From Octopus bimaculoides (Eukaryota), in the NCBI RefSeq assembly GCF_001194135.2, contig NC_068982.1, positions 103,966,420-104,019,381 on the forward strand: a stretch of 52,962 nt of DNA, given 5' to 3'. A program made the translations under genes and the position numbers. Shown in pieces: positions 35,667 through 49,713 of this stretch. Numbering within the stretch: position 1 is the first letter of the stretch; every line of letters starts with the position of its first letter. The notes beneath the pieces are model-generated. The model was not told where the DNA came from, searched no databases, and saw only the letters and a program-made list of their open reading frames with translations.

Positions 35667-35673
35667 ATGTACA

Positions 35674-36439
35674 TACAGGGTGCAATGGGTAAATTGTCAC
35701 CATATTATATTTTTGATTTCACACATGTGCATTGTTTGTTTTTGATTCTGTCAACTACACAGTATAGTAGGGTCAGTTGGGCACCATGACACAATTCACT
35801 CAGTCAGAAATTCGGAAACAACATGTTGTATGACTTGGCATTCATGCCGGAAGCTCCAATACCAACATCATAGTGTTTGGAGTGATCACTAGTGATGGTG
35901 ACGTTATGCTTCTATTCATCTTCCCACATGGCCTCAGACTCAATATGGGGGTCCTAGATCAAGTGCTTGGAGGAGATAGTGTTGCTCTGGGTCAAGAAGG
36001 TGGCTGCTGGAAGACCCAATGTCTTGCAACAGGACTCTGCATCATTCCACACAAGCAAAAGAACCCAGTCATAGCTGTCAGACATTTTCTGCAACCACAT
36101 CACTCCTAATATCTGGTCACCTAACTCCCCAGACTGAAACCTCCTTGATTATTGTACATGGGACGCAGTTGAGCGAGAGACCAACAAAACTCCTTGTAAC
36201 ACCAAAGATGAACTGAAGGCAAGGATTATGGTAGCATTCACCAACTCCAGAAGAGTTGCCGGAAATTCCAAAGTCGTCTGGAGGCAGTGGTTGAAGCTAA
36301 GGACGATTTTACTGAATAGATTTATTCTTTAGTATTTCAAGATATTTTTATGCAATTTTGATAAATATATCTGTTAAAATGAGATGTCAGTGTTATTTTC
36401 ATTTTTGCATAATTTAGACGACATTTTATTCATCACACA

Positions 36440-36446
<7 letters not shown>
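35674..36446 (+). mobile_element. Tc1/mariner (maT/DD37D-like) relic, catalytic C-terminal half
   Basis: VFGVITSDGDVM..FIFPHGLRLN; WSPNSPD*NLLDY..WDAVERETNKTPCNTKDELKARI; diverged TIRs cagggtgcaatgggtaaattgtc / gacattttattcatcacacaccgtg. Confidence 0.75.
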
Positions 36447-36474
<28 letters not shown>

Positions 36475-36906
36475 AATATATATGCTGAGTAAGTCCAATG
36501 AATGAGACTGGCAGCATTTGTGCATTTCTTCATGCAATTTGGTTTCATACTCGCATAATTAATGTTTGTCAATGACATGAAACATGAGTGTCTTTTATAA
36601 AGCATTAATATCAACTGTTTTTTGAGTTCCTTTTATGTATGTATGTATGTATGTATGCATGCATGCATGCATGTATGTATGTATGTATGTATGTATGTAT
36701 GTATGTATGTATGTATGTATGTATGGATGGATGGATGGATGTATATGCGTGTGAATATGTTTATTGTTAGATTTAAAACGTTTATTTTAAAAAGCATGTA
36801 TAATTAAAGAAACTTAAAATATAAGCATTTATTTAATTAGGAAACTAATAGTAACTAAATGTTAATGGCAAAGAAAATATCCTAGTGATTACTAATTAAA
36901 CCTTAC

Positions 36907-36994
36907 TTAAATTAATTGATTCGATAGGTGCCTCTTCAGTAAGCTGCTCCAAATTGAAGTCCATGTCTTCTGATGAAAAGTGATATGGGTCTTT
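36907..36994 (-). CDS. Host-gene exon (88 nt, phase 0/1): KDPYHFSSEDMDFNLEQLTEEAPIESINL
   Basis: tatttcttctacattgtag|AAA...TTA A|gtaagg; strong sites; phases fit both neighbours. Confidence 0.8.
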
Positions 36995-37311
36995 CTACAA
37001 TGTAGAAGAAATATACTTGTATATTCATAAAATACTCTCTCACACACACATACACACACATGCATGCATGCGCGCACACACATACACACACACATATATA
37101 GGAACAGAAAGAGAGAGGAAGAAAGAGAGAGAAATAGATCCTTTGGGGTTTTTAGTGGAACCATGCACACACCCACAGACAGACAGACATACACAAACAC
37201 ATGCATGCGCACACATGCATACACACGCAAACACACTCAGACATAAACATAGATATTTTGTGTTGTCAAAATATTTTTATATATTATCTCATTTTGACAG
37301 CACAAAATATA

Positions 37312-37346
<35 letters not shown>

Positions 37347-37721
37347 TGTGTCTGTGTGTGCTACATTTGTGTGAGCTGTAATAAGGCAGGTTTATAGAAT
37401 ACTACACTACCCTTGACCCGCTGGGTCACTGACAGTTCAAGTTATAAAACATTGAAGCTGATTTCAACGTTGCATTGAAATGAAAGTTAATTTTATGATG
37501 ATTCAATTAAATATTTCAGTTCATTCATATCATCATAGGTCTATTTACAAGTTCATGTTTAAGGTTTTATTGATTATTTATAGCATCTAATAGAAATAAA
37601 ACTTCCAGGATAAACTTGAATTCCAGTAACAGTATTTATTTATGGCATATGTGCATACTTCTACAAAAATACAAAAGGAATTGTTAAAAATTAATAGAAA
37701 CAATTTTCACAGTATTATATA

Positions 37722-38100
37722 TTCCCATTTCAGGGTTATGTTACTTTCGGGGTATTTTCCCATCATGCACCGTTTTGGCTATTTATGAAGGTACCCCAAA
37801 AAGCTGCGTATTTCAGGAATCCGTGGTCTGATTTATGCAAAACTTGATTTATTCCATTTGTATTCACATTTCAGGGGTACCTTACTTTCAGAGTATTTTC
37901 CCATTATGCACCAGTTTGGCTGTATTAAATTACAGACAAGCATGCATGCAAGCAGGCAAGCAATCACAGAGTTTTAGTAGTACCCCCAAAAAATATGTAT
38001 CTCAAGAATCCATGGTCTGATTTACACGAAACTTGTTTTATTCCATTTGTATTCACATTTCAGGGGTGCCTTACTTTAAGAGTATTTTCCCATTATGTTC
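37722..38100. repeat. Degenerate tandem repeat (~2.5 units of 140-190 bp)
   Basis: ttc(c/a)catttcagggg...ttactttc..ggtattttcccat(c/t)atg recurs at ~37722, 37864 and 38053. Confidence 0.75.
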
Positions 38101-38823
38101 TGGTTTCAATCATTGGACTGCAGGCAAACTGAAGCATTGCTTTCAGGAATTTTAACCATGGGATTGAACATGGAGCCAAGTGGTTGGGAAACAAGCTTCT
38201 TACCACACAGCCATGCATGCATTATGTTGCAGTATTGTTTTAAACACTAGTGGAATTGTGAATATTTCACAGAATTAACTTATTTCTGAAAACTTTATCC
38301 AAAAAACCTGGAAGCGTAGCTTATGTTGTGTCTGTATCAAAAGATAGTTGTTCATCTGCTAATCATTGAAAAGTGAAGAAAATTGGAATATGAAGATTGC
38401 TTAATGCACTTTATATACTTAATGTACAATTTTATAGTCTTAATACACAACACTTTCCCTCTTTCTCTCTCACTCTTTGCTTTACCCTCTTTTTCTCTCT
38501 CTTTTTTTCTTTCCCTTCAACTAATCACATGAAATTCTTACAGATGGGCTAAGTAATAAAGTAAAAAACTTTAGTTCAAAATAAAAAGAAATTCCAAATT
38601 TCACTCACCACAATCTCCCCTTTTCCCTATCTCTGCTCCCCTCAGCATCCTCCCATAAAATAAATTAAACTGTTGTTAAATAAGAATATCCAATGGTAAA
38701 ATAAATTTTTATCATAGTATATTTCTCTTTTTTTAATTATATATATGTATACACACACACACACACACACACATACACACAAACAAACATATATAATATA
38801 TATGTGTGTGCATGCGCATGTGT

Positions 38824-38863
<40 letters not shown>

Positions 38864-39371
38864 ATGTATTTGTGATGGTTTGGTGACACCCCTATGACAG
38901 AGCAATTTGGCAAAACAGACCAATAGAATAAGTACTAGGCTCTAAAATAAGTATTGGGGTCAATTTGTTTGATTAAACATTTCAAGAGTGGTGTCCCAGC
39001 ATGGCTGTGTGTGTGTATGCGTGTATGCTTCTTGCTCTTCTAAGTTTTCTTTCACTTATCTCTCTAAAGCATCACTACTTCTCACATGCACCGCCTCTCT
39101 ATTTCTCACCTTCCCATTTTAAAACCTCTCTCTCTTTCATCTAGTATAGTAATCCAACACATTTCTCTCTCGTTCTCTCTTTCTCTCTCTCTCTCTCACT
39201 TTCCCAATCTCGTAAGCTCTCTCCTCTATTTGTATTTCTGTCTGTATCTCTTCTTTGGCTTGTTGCCCCCCCCACCACCACCACCTAAAGAACTATGATA
39301 ATATTAGATGTACGACAAAAGACATAGTCTGCATCACTTAACTCACACAGAAGAAACAGCAAAATAAATGA

Positions 39372-39441
39372 ATGAAAACAAAAGGAGTTATTTTTCTTAT
39401 CCTTGTCATTGTATGTTTTACCTTTGACTCAATGACTATTG
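39372..39441 (+). pseudogene. Candidate signal-peptide exon MKTKGVIFLILVIVCFTFDSMTIG of a decayed nested gene
   Basis: Basic n-region plus hydrophobic h-region; upstream acceptor-like aactcacacag; putative donor reads G|gcatgc rather than gt. Confidence 0.35.
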
Positions 39442-40504
39442 GCATGCTACATCCATCCAACATGGTTTCGTATTCACCCATACACTGTTCTAAATGTTTA
39501 ACCCTTTTTAACAAGAACAGCTTCTCTTTCTTATCGATGTCTTTAATTCTGTGTTTGTCTCTTTCTCTCTGTAAATAAGAATACATAAAAAATAAAGTGC
39601 ATTTGCTAAAATTAGCGAACACTCATTTTTGTTTTCAGTGCAACGACATGTATGAATGTATGCATATATGCATTTATGCATGTATGTAGGCATGTTTGTA
39701 TGCATGCATTGATAAAGATTTGTGTAAAATACAGCATACATTAGGGAACCTAAGATAAATTTAAAATGACAAACTACAGTTTTTAAGCCTTTTCCTGAGA
39801 AACTTCAGACAGATGTGAATATATCTTTTTATTTTCATAACAGAAAATTAAAGGAGATGGTCCTGACATGTTCCGTGTTTCATTAGCTGTTTTGTTCCCT
39901 CACCTTTGTAACAAAGCATGTATATGTGATAGCTAGTGCTGAGGTAACCAGTGCAACATGTGGTAGGGTGGCTATTAATGGAGATCCAATGGCACTGGAA
40001 TACTATAGTACTGTATTGGTGATGTGACCTCTTGAGAATGCAGAGGTAAAGGCCATTAAATTGGTGGTGCAAGGCAGATTTAGCTGCTACATGTGTGTTA
40101 ATAAAGACCATTTGAAGGATTTTTTTTTCCTTGTAAAAATTAGGTGAAGAAAAGGAGAGCAGTAGAGCCAAGAACAATTACAAATTCTGAAAGCTTCTAT
40201 TTCAAAATTACCACCAGTTGCAGGTTAGTGGATGGCAAGAAAGTTTTTTTCTTGGTCCTTAGTTCCCTAAATCCAAACATCAAGAAGCAAACAACTGCAT
40301 ACTCAAAGAACTCCATCCAGTAATCCTACCTAATTGTTTTATGCTATGGAGGAGAAAATGAATGAAAAACAGGGATGACAAATTAACTGAGACAGTGGAA
40401 AAAACAACAGAAGAAAGAATCAACAAAAAATAGATAAGATACATAAAGGGGTGGCAAATGAAACATCCAAGGTAAAGCTCATCCTACTTCCATGATTTTT
40501 ACAG

Positions 40505-40654
40505 TTGTTCATGAAGCAAATAGCAGACTGGATCATTTGAATGAGTTATATTTCCGTTATGAAGAGATGAGTTCTGATTATATGGAACATGCAGCTATTT
40601 ATGAATATTACTTTTAGTTGCTACATGAAACTGTATTTAAATTAGAACAAAGAA
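40505..40654 (+). pseudogene. Exon-like 150-nt phase-1/1 segment with one in-frame TAG
   Basis: ttccatgatttttacag|TT GTT CAT...AGA A|gtgagc; VHEANSRLDHLNELYFRYEEMSSDYMEHAAIYEYYF*LLHETVFKLEQR. Confidence 0.4.
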
Positions 40655-40768
40655 GTGAGCTCTTTCTTTTCTGCTCACCTGAATTGTCCATGGGCAGAGG
40701 TGTTGCTGAAAAGGATCAGAGTTGTGGAAATTTTGATCTGACTCAGTATGATTTTATAATTATATTTG

Positions 40769-40825
<57 letters not shown>

Positions 40826-41817
40826 ATGCACACGTGTGTGTGTACATGTGTCTGTGCTGTGAGCATTTGAGTGTGTCTGATTGCCTTTATTCATTTAATT
40901 ATCTTGTGTAATTTTTTTTAAACAAAAAAAAAAATTTTTAAATATATCTCTGACTGACATAATATTTGGTCTTAAAGCTAAGTTCTTTACCTCAAAATCT
41001 GCTTTCAACATTATTAGAGCATCTTGCATTTGTTGTCGACAGGATAATCGAATATTCTTTAATTTCTAGACAGATGAATAGAGAAAAGAAGTGATGAGAA
41101 ACATTCAGTGAAAGTAAAAACAGTATAGAATATTATCATCATTATTCTTATCTTTATCATCAGAACTCATACACAGAATCAATCATAACTGCCAAGTGTC
41201 CCACTTTAACTAATAAAGACCTCTGTTCACAAGTCATTTCCAGACAGTTTATTAATGTAATGAGTTACAACATATGGGTAATTAGGGAAATGTTTATATG
41301 TACCTAATTTTAGAAAATTGTGAGGAAGATTTTGATATCTTATTGTGGAAACATAAAAAGTGTGTAAGAGAAACTGGAAAAAAAAGTTGGTATGTATGTG
41401 AAATTGGGAAGATCATAGGTGTATAAATGAAACTGGACAAAGATGTTGATATGTACTTGAAATTGGAAAGATCATTTGGTGTCTAAGTGAAATAGGAAAA
41501 GATTTGGGTGGGTGTGAGAAAATGGAAAGACCATAAAAGCATGAAATTTGAAAAATTTTAGTACTCAAAATTAGAAAGATGTTGGTATGTATGAAAAACT
41601 ATTATTGCAATTATACTTTTTTTTTTACTGACAAAGGTTTGTTCAGGTTGGCAGAAGAGCATATCCACTCATTTTGGTCCTGCATCATCTCATATTTTTG
41701 GCCTGTCACCTTCAAGTTTGTTTTCTTCACCACATTTCTCAATACTTTCACAGATTTTAATCTCCCTCTGATTACTTTCCATTATCATTATTAATCATTC
41801 ACTTACTTCTTTCCACC

Positions 41818-41860
<43 letters not shown>

Positions 41861-41907
41861 ACACACACACAAAAATACACACCAGATTCATAAATTTGTT
41901 ACTGTAC

Positions 41908-41959
41908 TTGCTGATATTTTTCTTCAGTTTCTTCAACAAATTCTTGATATTTTTTATAC
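41908..41959 (-). CDS. Host-gene exon (52 nt, phase 2/0): YKKYQEFVEETEEKYQQ
   Basis: ttttttacttttgcaacag|G TAT...CAA|gtacag; joins the 36994 exon in frame. Confidence 0.7.
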
Positions 41960-42204
41960 CTGTTGCAAAAGTAAAAAAATTTTAAGAAAAAAGCAAATCA
42001 ATCAGCTATTTATTGATTAACAACTGATAACAATAACAAAGTTTCACTGTATAAACATAGACTTTTAATCTGTTTCTCATAGCAGCCAAACTATATCACC
42101 CAATGAAAGCAGCATATGTAAATATTAGTAACTTCTCTGAACAATCAATAAATGGAGGCCAAGATCACAATGTCTTCAGGCATAGTTTTATCATTGTAAT
42201 TAAT

Positions 42205-42590
42205 ATATAACTCAGCTTGCGAAGACTTGTTGGGGCAAGCGAAAGCGAAATTGTGATGGCACCTGTGCCCAGCGTCGCCTTTCTGGCACTTGTGCCCGTG
42301 GCATGTTTAAGGACTTTCGAGCAAGATCGTTGCCAGTGCCCCTGGACTGGCTCTTGTGCGGGTGGCACATAAAATACACCATTTAGAGCGTGGCCGTTGC
42401 CAGTACAGCCTGACTGGCCTTCGTGCCGGTGGCACGTAAAAGCACCCAAGGGCATCCAGCTGTAGAATCTCTGCCAAATCAGATTGGAGCCTGGTGTAAC
42501 CATCTGGTTTCACCAGTCCTCAGTCAAATCGTCCAACCCATGCTAGCATGGAAAGCGGACGTTAAACGATGACGACGATGATGATGATGA
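42205..42590 (+). mobile_element. RTE-type 3' tail element
   Basis: Family motif with (GAC/GAT)n tail. Confidence 0.85.
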
Positions 42591-42864
42591 TATATATACA
42601 TACATCTTAAGGAACCAGCGTCCTGCCCAGGGAGGAATATATACACCTGAAGAACCGGGAAACTGGTCCTATGCTCCTTAGTGAGCAATGGGGATGAACC
42701 TTAACAAAAAATTAAGTACTACAGCCAATGTTTTTGACTAAACTGTTCAAGATGGTGCCCTAGTATGGTTGCAGTTCAATGATTGGAATGAAACAAGTAA
42801 AAGATAATGTGCCAATGTATAAATATAAATAATTTAAATTACAAAAAATTATTACATATTCTTC

Positions 42865-43350
42865 GGAGACATGTAAAAAGCACCATTCGAGTGTGGTCGA
42901 TGCCAGTGCCAGCTGACTGGTCCCATGCTGATGACATGAAAAAAGCACCATTCAAGTGTGGCCAATGCCAGTACCGCCTGACTGGCTCCCGTGCCAGTGG
43001 CACATAAAAAGCACCATTCAAGTGTGGCCAATGCCAGTACCGCCTGACTGGCCCCCGTGCCAGTGGCACATAAAAAGCACCCACGACACTCTCAGAGTGG
43101 TTGGCATTAGGAAGGGCANNNNNNNNNNTGTGGCCAATGCCAGTACCGCCTGACTGGCCCCCGTGCCAGTGGCACATAAAAAGCACCCACGACACTCTCA
43201 GAGTGGTTGGCATTAGGAAGGGCATCCAGCTGTAGAAACATTGTCAGATCAGATTGGAGCCTGGTGCAGTCTTCTATCTTGCCAGCCCTCAGTCAAACCG
43301 TCCAACCGATGCTAGCATGGAAAGCGGACGTTAAACAACAACGACGACGA
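42865..43350 (+). mobile_element. RTE-type 3' tail with internal ~65-bp tandem repeats
   Basis: aaaaagcaccattcaagtgtggccaatgccagtaccgcctgactgg repeated; ends in the family tail. Confidence 0.85.
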
Positions 43351-43589
43351 CAATGGATGCAACAAGATTATGAGCAATGCCATCATTTGACTGTTCTCTT
43401 AAACATGAGCAGCATGGATGAGGCTTTTCAATTCCTAGATGTGGCAATGATGGGCACCTCTTGCAGCAGGTGTCCACAAAGCTTACCTTCCACATGTCTT
43501 CATCATTGAATTAGGGTTTTGCCTATCAGGAATCACTGCTGAGATACTTAAAATACTTGACAGTGTGGCATATAACCTCATCACCAGTA

Positions 43590-44830
43590 TAGTTAATTAG
43601 GTTGTCCACGAGGGAGTTATACCCAACAACTGGTGTAGCAGCATTACAGTCAAGAAATAATTATAGAGGTATCAAATTGTTGGACCTGGTCATGAAAGTT
43701 ACAGAGATGGTCATAGCTCAACTAATTAGGAAGAGAGTTAACAGATGCAGTTTGGTTTTGTGCCAGGGAGAAGCATTACTGATACTATCTTTCTGGTAAG
43801 GTAGCTGCAGGAGAAGTATTTAGCCAAAATTAAACCTCTGTATTTGTCATTTGTCTACATGGAGAAAGCCTTTATCAGCTCCCTTGCTCTCTCATCTGGT
43901 AGTCAATACAGAAACTAAGGATAGATAAGTGGTTAGTGAGAGCTGCCCAGGCTATGTACAGGGATGCTGTCTGTAAGGCAAAAGTCAGCAATGAGTATAG
44001 CAATGAATTTAGTGTAGAGATACAAGCTCACCAAGGATCAGAAAACAGACAAATCACTAACCATTCAGAGAGATGGCCCTGCTTGAAATATAGAAAAGAT
44101 GTTGGTGTACCTAATGCAAGCTATGGACACATAAGAGATGCAGCGATGTCATAAGAAGGTTAACAGAGAAAGCAGTCTTTGTGTGTGGTAGATGTGCAGG
44201 TACAATAAACATTAAGAATGTACAAAAAATAGACTTTAAATGTCCAAGGTGATCCTTAGAAGTAATTGATAGCTTCCATTACCTAGGGGAGCAAGTTAGC
44301 AGTGGAAGAAGATACTCTTAATCTGTAGTTGCTTGAATAAGAATGGACTGGGAAAAGTTCAGAGAGCTTCTACCTTTGTTGATAACAAAGGGCATCTTTT
44401 CCAGATTGTATGATGCCTGCATACAAACAGTAATGCTATGTAGCAGTGAAACATGGGCTGTGACTACAGAAAAGCTTGAAAGAAATGAAAGAAATGAAGC
44501 CTGCTTTCTCTACTGGATGGGTAATGTCAGTGTGGATCTACAACAGTGTAAATGATTTAAGAAAAAAATTGGGTATAAAAGGCATCAGATGTAGTGTGTA
44601 AGAAATAAGACTGCACTGGTACGGTCATGTAATGCATATGGATTAGAACAACTGCATAAACAAGTACTGATCTCGAACTGTGGAAGCAACTTGTGGAAAG
44701 GGTAGACCCAGGAAGACCTGGGATAAAGTAGTGGGAAATGAGCTACAGATTGTGAGCCTGACAGAGGAGATAATAAGGGACCAAGACTTCTGATGATTTG
44801 CTGTGCTTGAGAAGACATATCAAGCTAAGT
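43590..44830 (+). mobile_element. 5'-truncated RTE-clade LINE ORF2 fragment
   Basis: NNYRGIKLLDLVMKVTE, QFGFVPGRSITDTIFLVR*LQEKYLAK, YDACIQTVMLCSSETWA, RLHWYGHVM motifs. Confidence 0.9.
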
Positions 44831-44929
44831 AAAATCATGGCCATCTATATATATATATAAGAATGTCTTTTATTGCCATGCTCCCACTTCCCCTCATGCA
44901 CACACACACACACACACACACGAACAAAC

Positions 44930-45672
44930 ACATGCACACACATTCATACACAATCAGTCCTCTGTCAAAACTCCCCTACAACCCATCTTCCCACCACTCC
45001 CACCACCTGCTGCAGGCCATTCTACTCTCTTTTACATGCTTATTTGCACACTCTCTATGGTTTCATATATCTACTATATCCCATCTCTTAACCACTTCAG
45101 TTCCTCCAGCCACCACTTACTATTTCAGAACACATTCCCTCACACACCTTATGGAACATATCCTATTTCCTCTACTATTTATACTCCCCACCCCATTGTT
45201 CCCTGTTGGTAAGGTATCTCTCTCTCTCTCACTCTGAATGCCTCTCTATCTTTCTCTCTAACTCTGTCCCACCTTCCTCTCCTTCCTTGCTCTACTGAAA
45301 CAGCCAAATATCTTCCCCTATAGCATGATGGCTATCTCTGTCTCTTTATCATACTCTAATCTTTTGCCTGACACACAACCATTTCTCTCAGCTCCACTCT
45401 GTCTTTCAGCTGAGAGGTCATTGTCTTGGAAACTACTTGGTGACCCTGCTGGTGCTGGTGTCACGTAAAAAGCATCTGTGCTGGTGCCACATGAAAAGCA
45501 CCCAGTACACTTTGTAAAGCGGTTGGCATTAGGAAGGGCATCCAGCCATAGAAACCATGTCAAAACAGACAATTGGAGCCTGGCTCTCTGGCTTGCCAGC
45601 TCCCATCAAACCATCCAGCCCATGCCAGCATGGAAAACAAATGTTAAATGATGATGTTTATGATGATGATGA
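44930..45672 (+). mobile_element. CT-rich repeat with RTE-type tail
   Basis: Similar to 5065-6143. Confidence 0.6.
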
Positions 45673-45696
45673 ATATATACATACACACATATATAC

Positions 45697-46972
45697 ATAC
45701 TAGCAAATGCACCCATCCTTTGGACGGTTTAAGTTGCTTTGGTGGTATTTTTTTTCACCAAATAAATGAACTACCAAGAAGGTTTATGAGTAGCATGGCA
45801 ATCTAGGTTACCGATTAACCTAAGAACAGAAAACCAAACTGAAGGCTGGTTATTGTGGAGGTCATTGCACTTTAATGATCATGGAACATATAAGTTTGCA
45901 AGTGATGCAAAGTAGAGCTACTGAAGTGTTTTGGGAATAGATTATGGATAATGACTACAAAATATAGTTGTTTTATATGAAAGTGAAATTTCTTGTCAGA
46001 AATAGCCACATAAATAGTGTAAAGAAATTGAAGGAAGATGTTGAAACTTCCCCTCATACTGGGGAAGTTTATTTTATTCAACAGCAAAGGGAGCTATTTT
46101 TTTGGAGAGAAGAATGATTGGTACATTCAAAGATGGCAGTATAATACCTACTTGAAAAAGCACAGTTAAAGAAATGTATTTACTACATGCTTACAGTGTA
46201 CGACCACTCTGAAATTGACTTCAGTTAATGAAAAATGAAAACATGAAGAGTTTGATTTCAGTTCATGAATACAGCTTTGAGTCTTTAGCAGTTCACAGTG
46301 AAAAGATGTTGTGTTCAAAATATCATAATGGATGGGTAAATAAGCATCCTTAAAGTGAAACAATGCATTGGTAGGTAAGCAAAAGTATCAACAAATAGAA
46401 GACGGGGAAGGGAGCATCACCTTTCAAGTAACTCAGAATAGATAAAGGTAAGCTTGCTAAAGTTTAATGCAGTTCAAATATGGAGATTAAGATTGTTTGG
46501 TATTGGATATTCATCATGTACTTTGTTCCTAGTCAATTTAATCACTGTCACAGGTGGACAGTCGAAATAAATAAATAGACAAAATCCTTTCACCTTTATA
46601 ATATTCTCTAACCAAGTAATAATGCACAATTTCAACATATAAATAAATAATAAATAAAAAAAATGTGAAAACCACTAAAACAATATTCTCTAATGCCAAT
46701 ATATGACCATATAGATTAAAAAAGTACGAAAGACCCTACATACAAAAAAAAAAAACTATGCACATACAATGAATTAGAGAAAAACCTGTGTAAACCACCG
46801 TTTTTCCCACTTTGTCCATTTACACAGAAGCTCTGGGCAAAATGTTATAGTGCATGATCATCCTTGGAATATAAGTAATGTGTGTGTAAAGTTTGGTGAA
46901 AATCGGTTGAGAATTATGGAAATGTATGTATTAGTCAATATACACACACATACTGTAATTTATGTATATTGG
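45697..46972 (+). mobile_element. Helentron/HINE-like non-autonomous element
   Basis: 5' tactagcaaatgcacccatcctttggacgg; 3' gtaaagtttggtgaaaatcggttgag...acacacacata...tatgtatattggat; same architecture as 15736-17528. Confidence 0.5.
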
Positions 46973-48169
46973 ATATACATACATATATACATACATTCAT
47001 ACATACATACATGTGTACATGTGGGTGTGAAAAACTTAATCACAGCAAAATCATTGTTGCTTATACTTACAATATTTGCACCTGTGTATTAATAGAGTCT
47101 ATGACAAATGATTCAGTGCTGCGCTTCTCATTCACTATTTCTTCCCTCAAGTCATTCACCGTCTAAAAAAATCATAAGTTAGAGAAAAAGCAAGACAAGT
47201 TGTGAGAAGTGTTAAAAATCTGAGTGAAGAAAGATGGAAAAGAATAGAAAGCTTGATTTTTTAACATCTCTGTTATGTCTTGCATACTATAGCTGGCCAT
47301 AGCCAAGAAAGGTAAAACAACCAATGAAAAATTCCATGATGGAATGAAGGCATGTGTTTGCTTGGATGGTAAGCTGTCTGAACACTTGTTGCAAGAGGTG
47401 TCAATCATTGCCATATATGTGCAAAAGTGTTTAGGTTTTAGCTGGACTGAAAAGATACATATCTGTGCTGCTCATGTCTAAGAGAACAATCAAGCAATGA
47501 CATTACTTAAAATCAAATTGCAGTTATTATGTATATATGCGGAAGAGAAGAGTAAGCTAGAAAATAATAAAATAGACTACACATAGTAATTCAGCATAGT
47601 AAATAAAATTAATATAAAGTGTGTGTGTGTGTTGTGTGCATGTATGCATGTGCTCATGTGTGCATGTGCTCACGTGTGTGTGCATGTGTGTATGAACATG
47701 TGTGTGTGTGCACATGTGTATGTGTGCGTGCGTGCACGTTTGTGTGTGTGTGTGTGTGTGTACACTGTGAGAAGAGATTACTGGCATTTTGGGCAAGACC
47801 TTTTATATGATGTTAGAAATCACCTCAACATATGACATGTATGAAACTGATGGAGAAATTCATGAGTTTTGGTAAAGTTTGCTAAAGAAGAAAAGAGGAA
47901 TCTGTTGTTTTGGGACTGATTCTTCATTAACATCATCACCATTTTAATATCTACTTTTCCATGCTTGCATGGGCCTGATGGAATTTGCTAAGAAAGATTT
48001 TCTACAGTTGGATGCTCTTCCTGTTGCCAATCCTCACTTGTCTCCAGCAAGATTATATTTACCCATGGTAAAGCATGTTTTTCATGTAAAATTGTAAATG
48101 AGCAACACTCATTTTCAACCATCACATGATGACGAGACAAGGACACACATACGTAGACCTTTAGCAATA

Positions 48170-48668
48170 TGCTGTGCTTGAGAAGACCTGTCAAGCCAAG
48201 TGAAATCGTAGTTGTGACTGATGCCAATGCCAATGCCACATAACTGGCACCCATACTGGTGGCATATAAAATGCACCTTTAGAGCATTGGGCCAATGCTG
48301 TGTCACATAACTAGCACCTGTGCTGGTGTCGTGTAACTAGCACCTGTGCCAGTAGCATGTAAAAAGTGCCTTTCAAGCATAGGGCCTCATGGAAGCAGTA
48401 ACAAATGACTGAGACCTTCAGCAACCTGCCATGCTTGAGTAGAAGACCCATCAAGCCAAGTGAAATTGTAGTCATGACAGATACTGGTGTCACACAATTG
48501 GCACCTGTGCTGGTGGGACATAAAAGCACCCATTACACTCTCAGAGTGGCTGGTGTTAGGAAGGGCATCCAGCGATGGGAACCTTGCCAAATCATACTGG
48601 TTAGCCCTGGTCAAACCATCTAACCCATGCCAGCATGGACAACAAACGTTAAATGATGATGATGATGT
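48170..48668 (+). mobile_element. RTE 3' UTR element
   Basis: Begins gctgtgcttgagaagacc (as at the end of the RTE ORF2 at 44805) and continues to the (GAT)n tail. Confidence 0.8.
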
Positions 48669-48887
48669 TAATGTCCACTTTTCCATGCTTGCATGGGTCA
48701 GATGGAGTTTATTGAAGCAGAATTCCTATGGCTATATGTCTTTTCTGTCGCCTCTTTCCAAGTAAGGTAATAATTTCTCAGTGGTCAAGCAAGCTTTTAC
48801 AGAATCTTGGAAATGAAGGACAGTGGCACTCGTTTATAACTATTATGTGATGTCAAGACAAGGAGAGGCAAACATACATGCACAAAG

Positions 48888-48920
<33 letters not shown>

Positions 48921-49672
48921 ACACACATAAACACACACACATATATATATATATAAAACACACGCATATATAAAAAGTCTTCTTTCAGTTTCTATATACC
49001 AAATCAACTCACAAGGTTTTGGTCTGTCCTGGAATGTAGTAGAAGACACTTGCCTAAGGTGCTACAAATTGGGAGTGAACTGCTATCCTCTGATAAAACA
49101 CAGTGAGTCAGCCTACTGTGTTTTGTTGGAGAGTGAGTGTTTGAATTCCTTGGAACATGTCTCATACATGATCACAAAAAATGTTCAACTTGTCATTGTA
49201 CAACCTATGATACACAGTAAGGTGAAAAAATTGGGATAATTTTTTTTCAATCTTTCGCAAGTATCTCAGTTTCTTGTTTTTTGACATGCTGAGTTTTGTC
49301 AGAGAAGGGCAGTGAAGTTTAAACCACATGACTTGGAAGTAAGCTTCTTACCCTCATAGCCACACCTGTACTTTATAAGAGAAAAAAGTTTTTCTACGTT
49401 TTCAGTTGAAAAATTTCTTTACTTTAAGATAAAGATTAAATATCAGATACCTCATCTACCCTTTTGTCCACTATCCAAACATCTATGTTTAGCTTTCAGC
49501 ATACAAACTTATTTTACTTTACAAATTTTCTGAGGTGCTCTGCCTTTCATACAAATTAACAGTACAATTCAACAGTTCATATTTAGTTAATTTTTCTCCA
49601 GCCTCTGGAGCTCTACAATCAAGTGACCATGTTTCATTATTCATACTATATCATACTCTTTGTACATTTAAG

Positions 49673-49713
<41 letters not shown>

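Noticed and set aside
41600-41790. Open frames on both strands near 41.7 kb
   Set aside because: No convincing acceptor/donor pair and no recognisable motif.
42865-43200. ~65-bp direct repeats as CRISPR-like or regulatory array
   Set aside because: Internal tandem repeats of the RTE-type 3' UTR family present at many sites in the window.
47170-47410. Purine-rich plus-strand coding-like stretch
   Set aside because: Reads as a degenerate RTE-type RT fragment (KFHDGMKACVCLDGKLSE) with stops.
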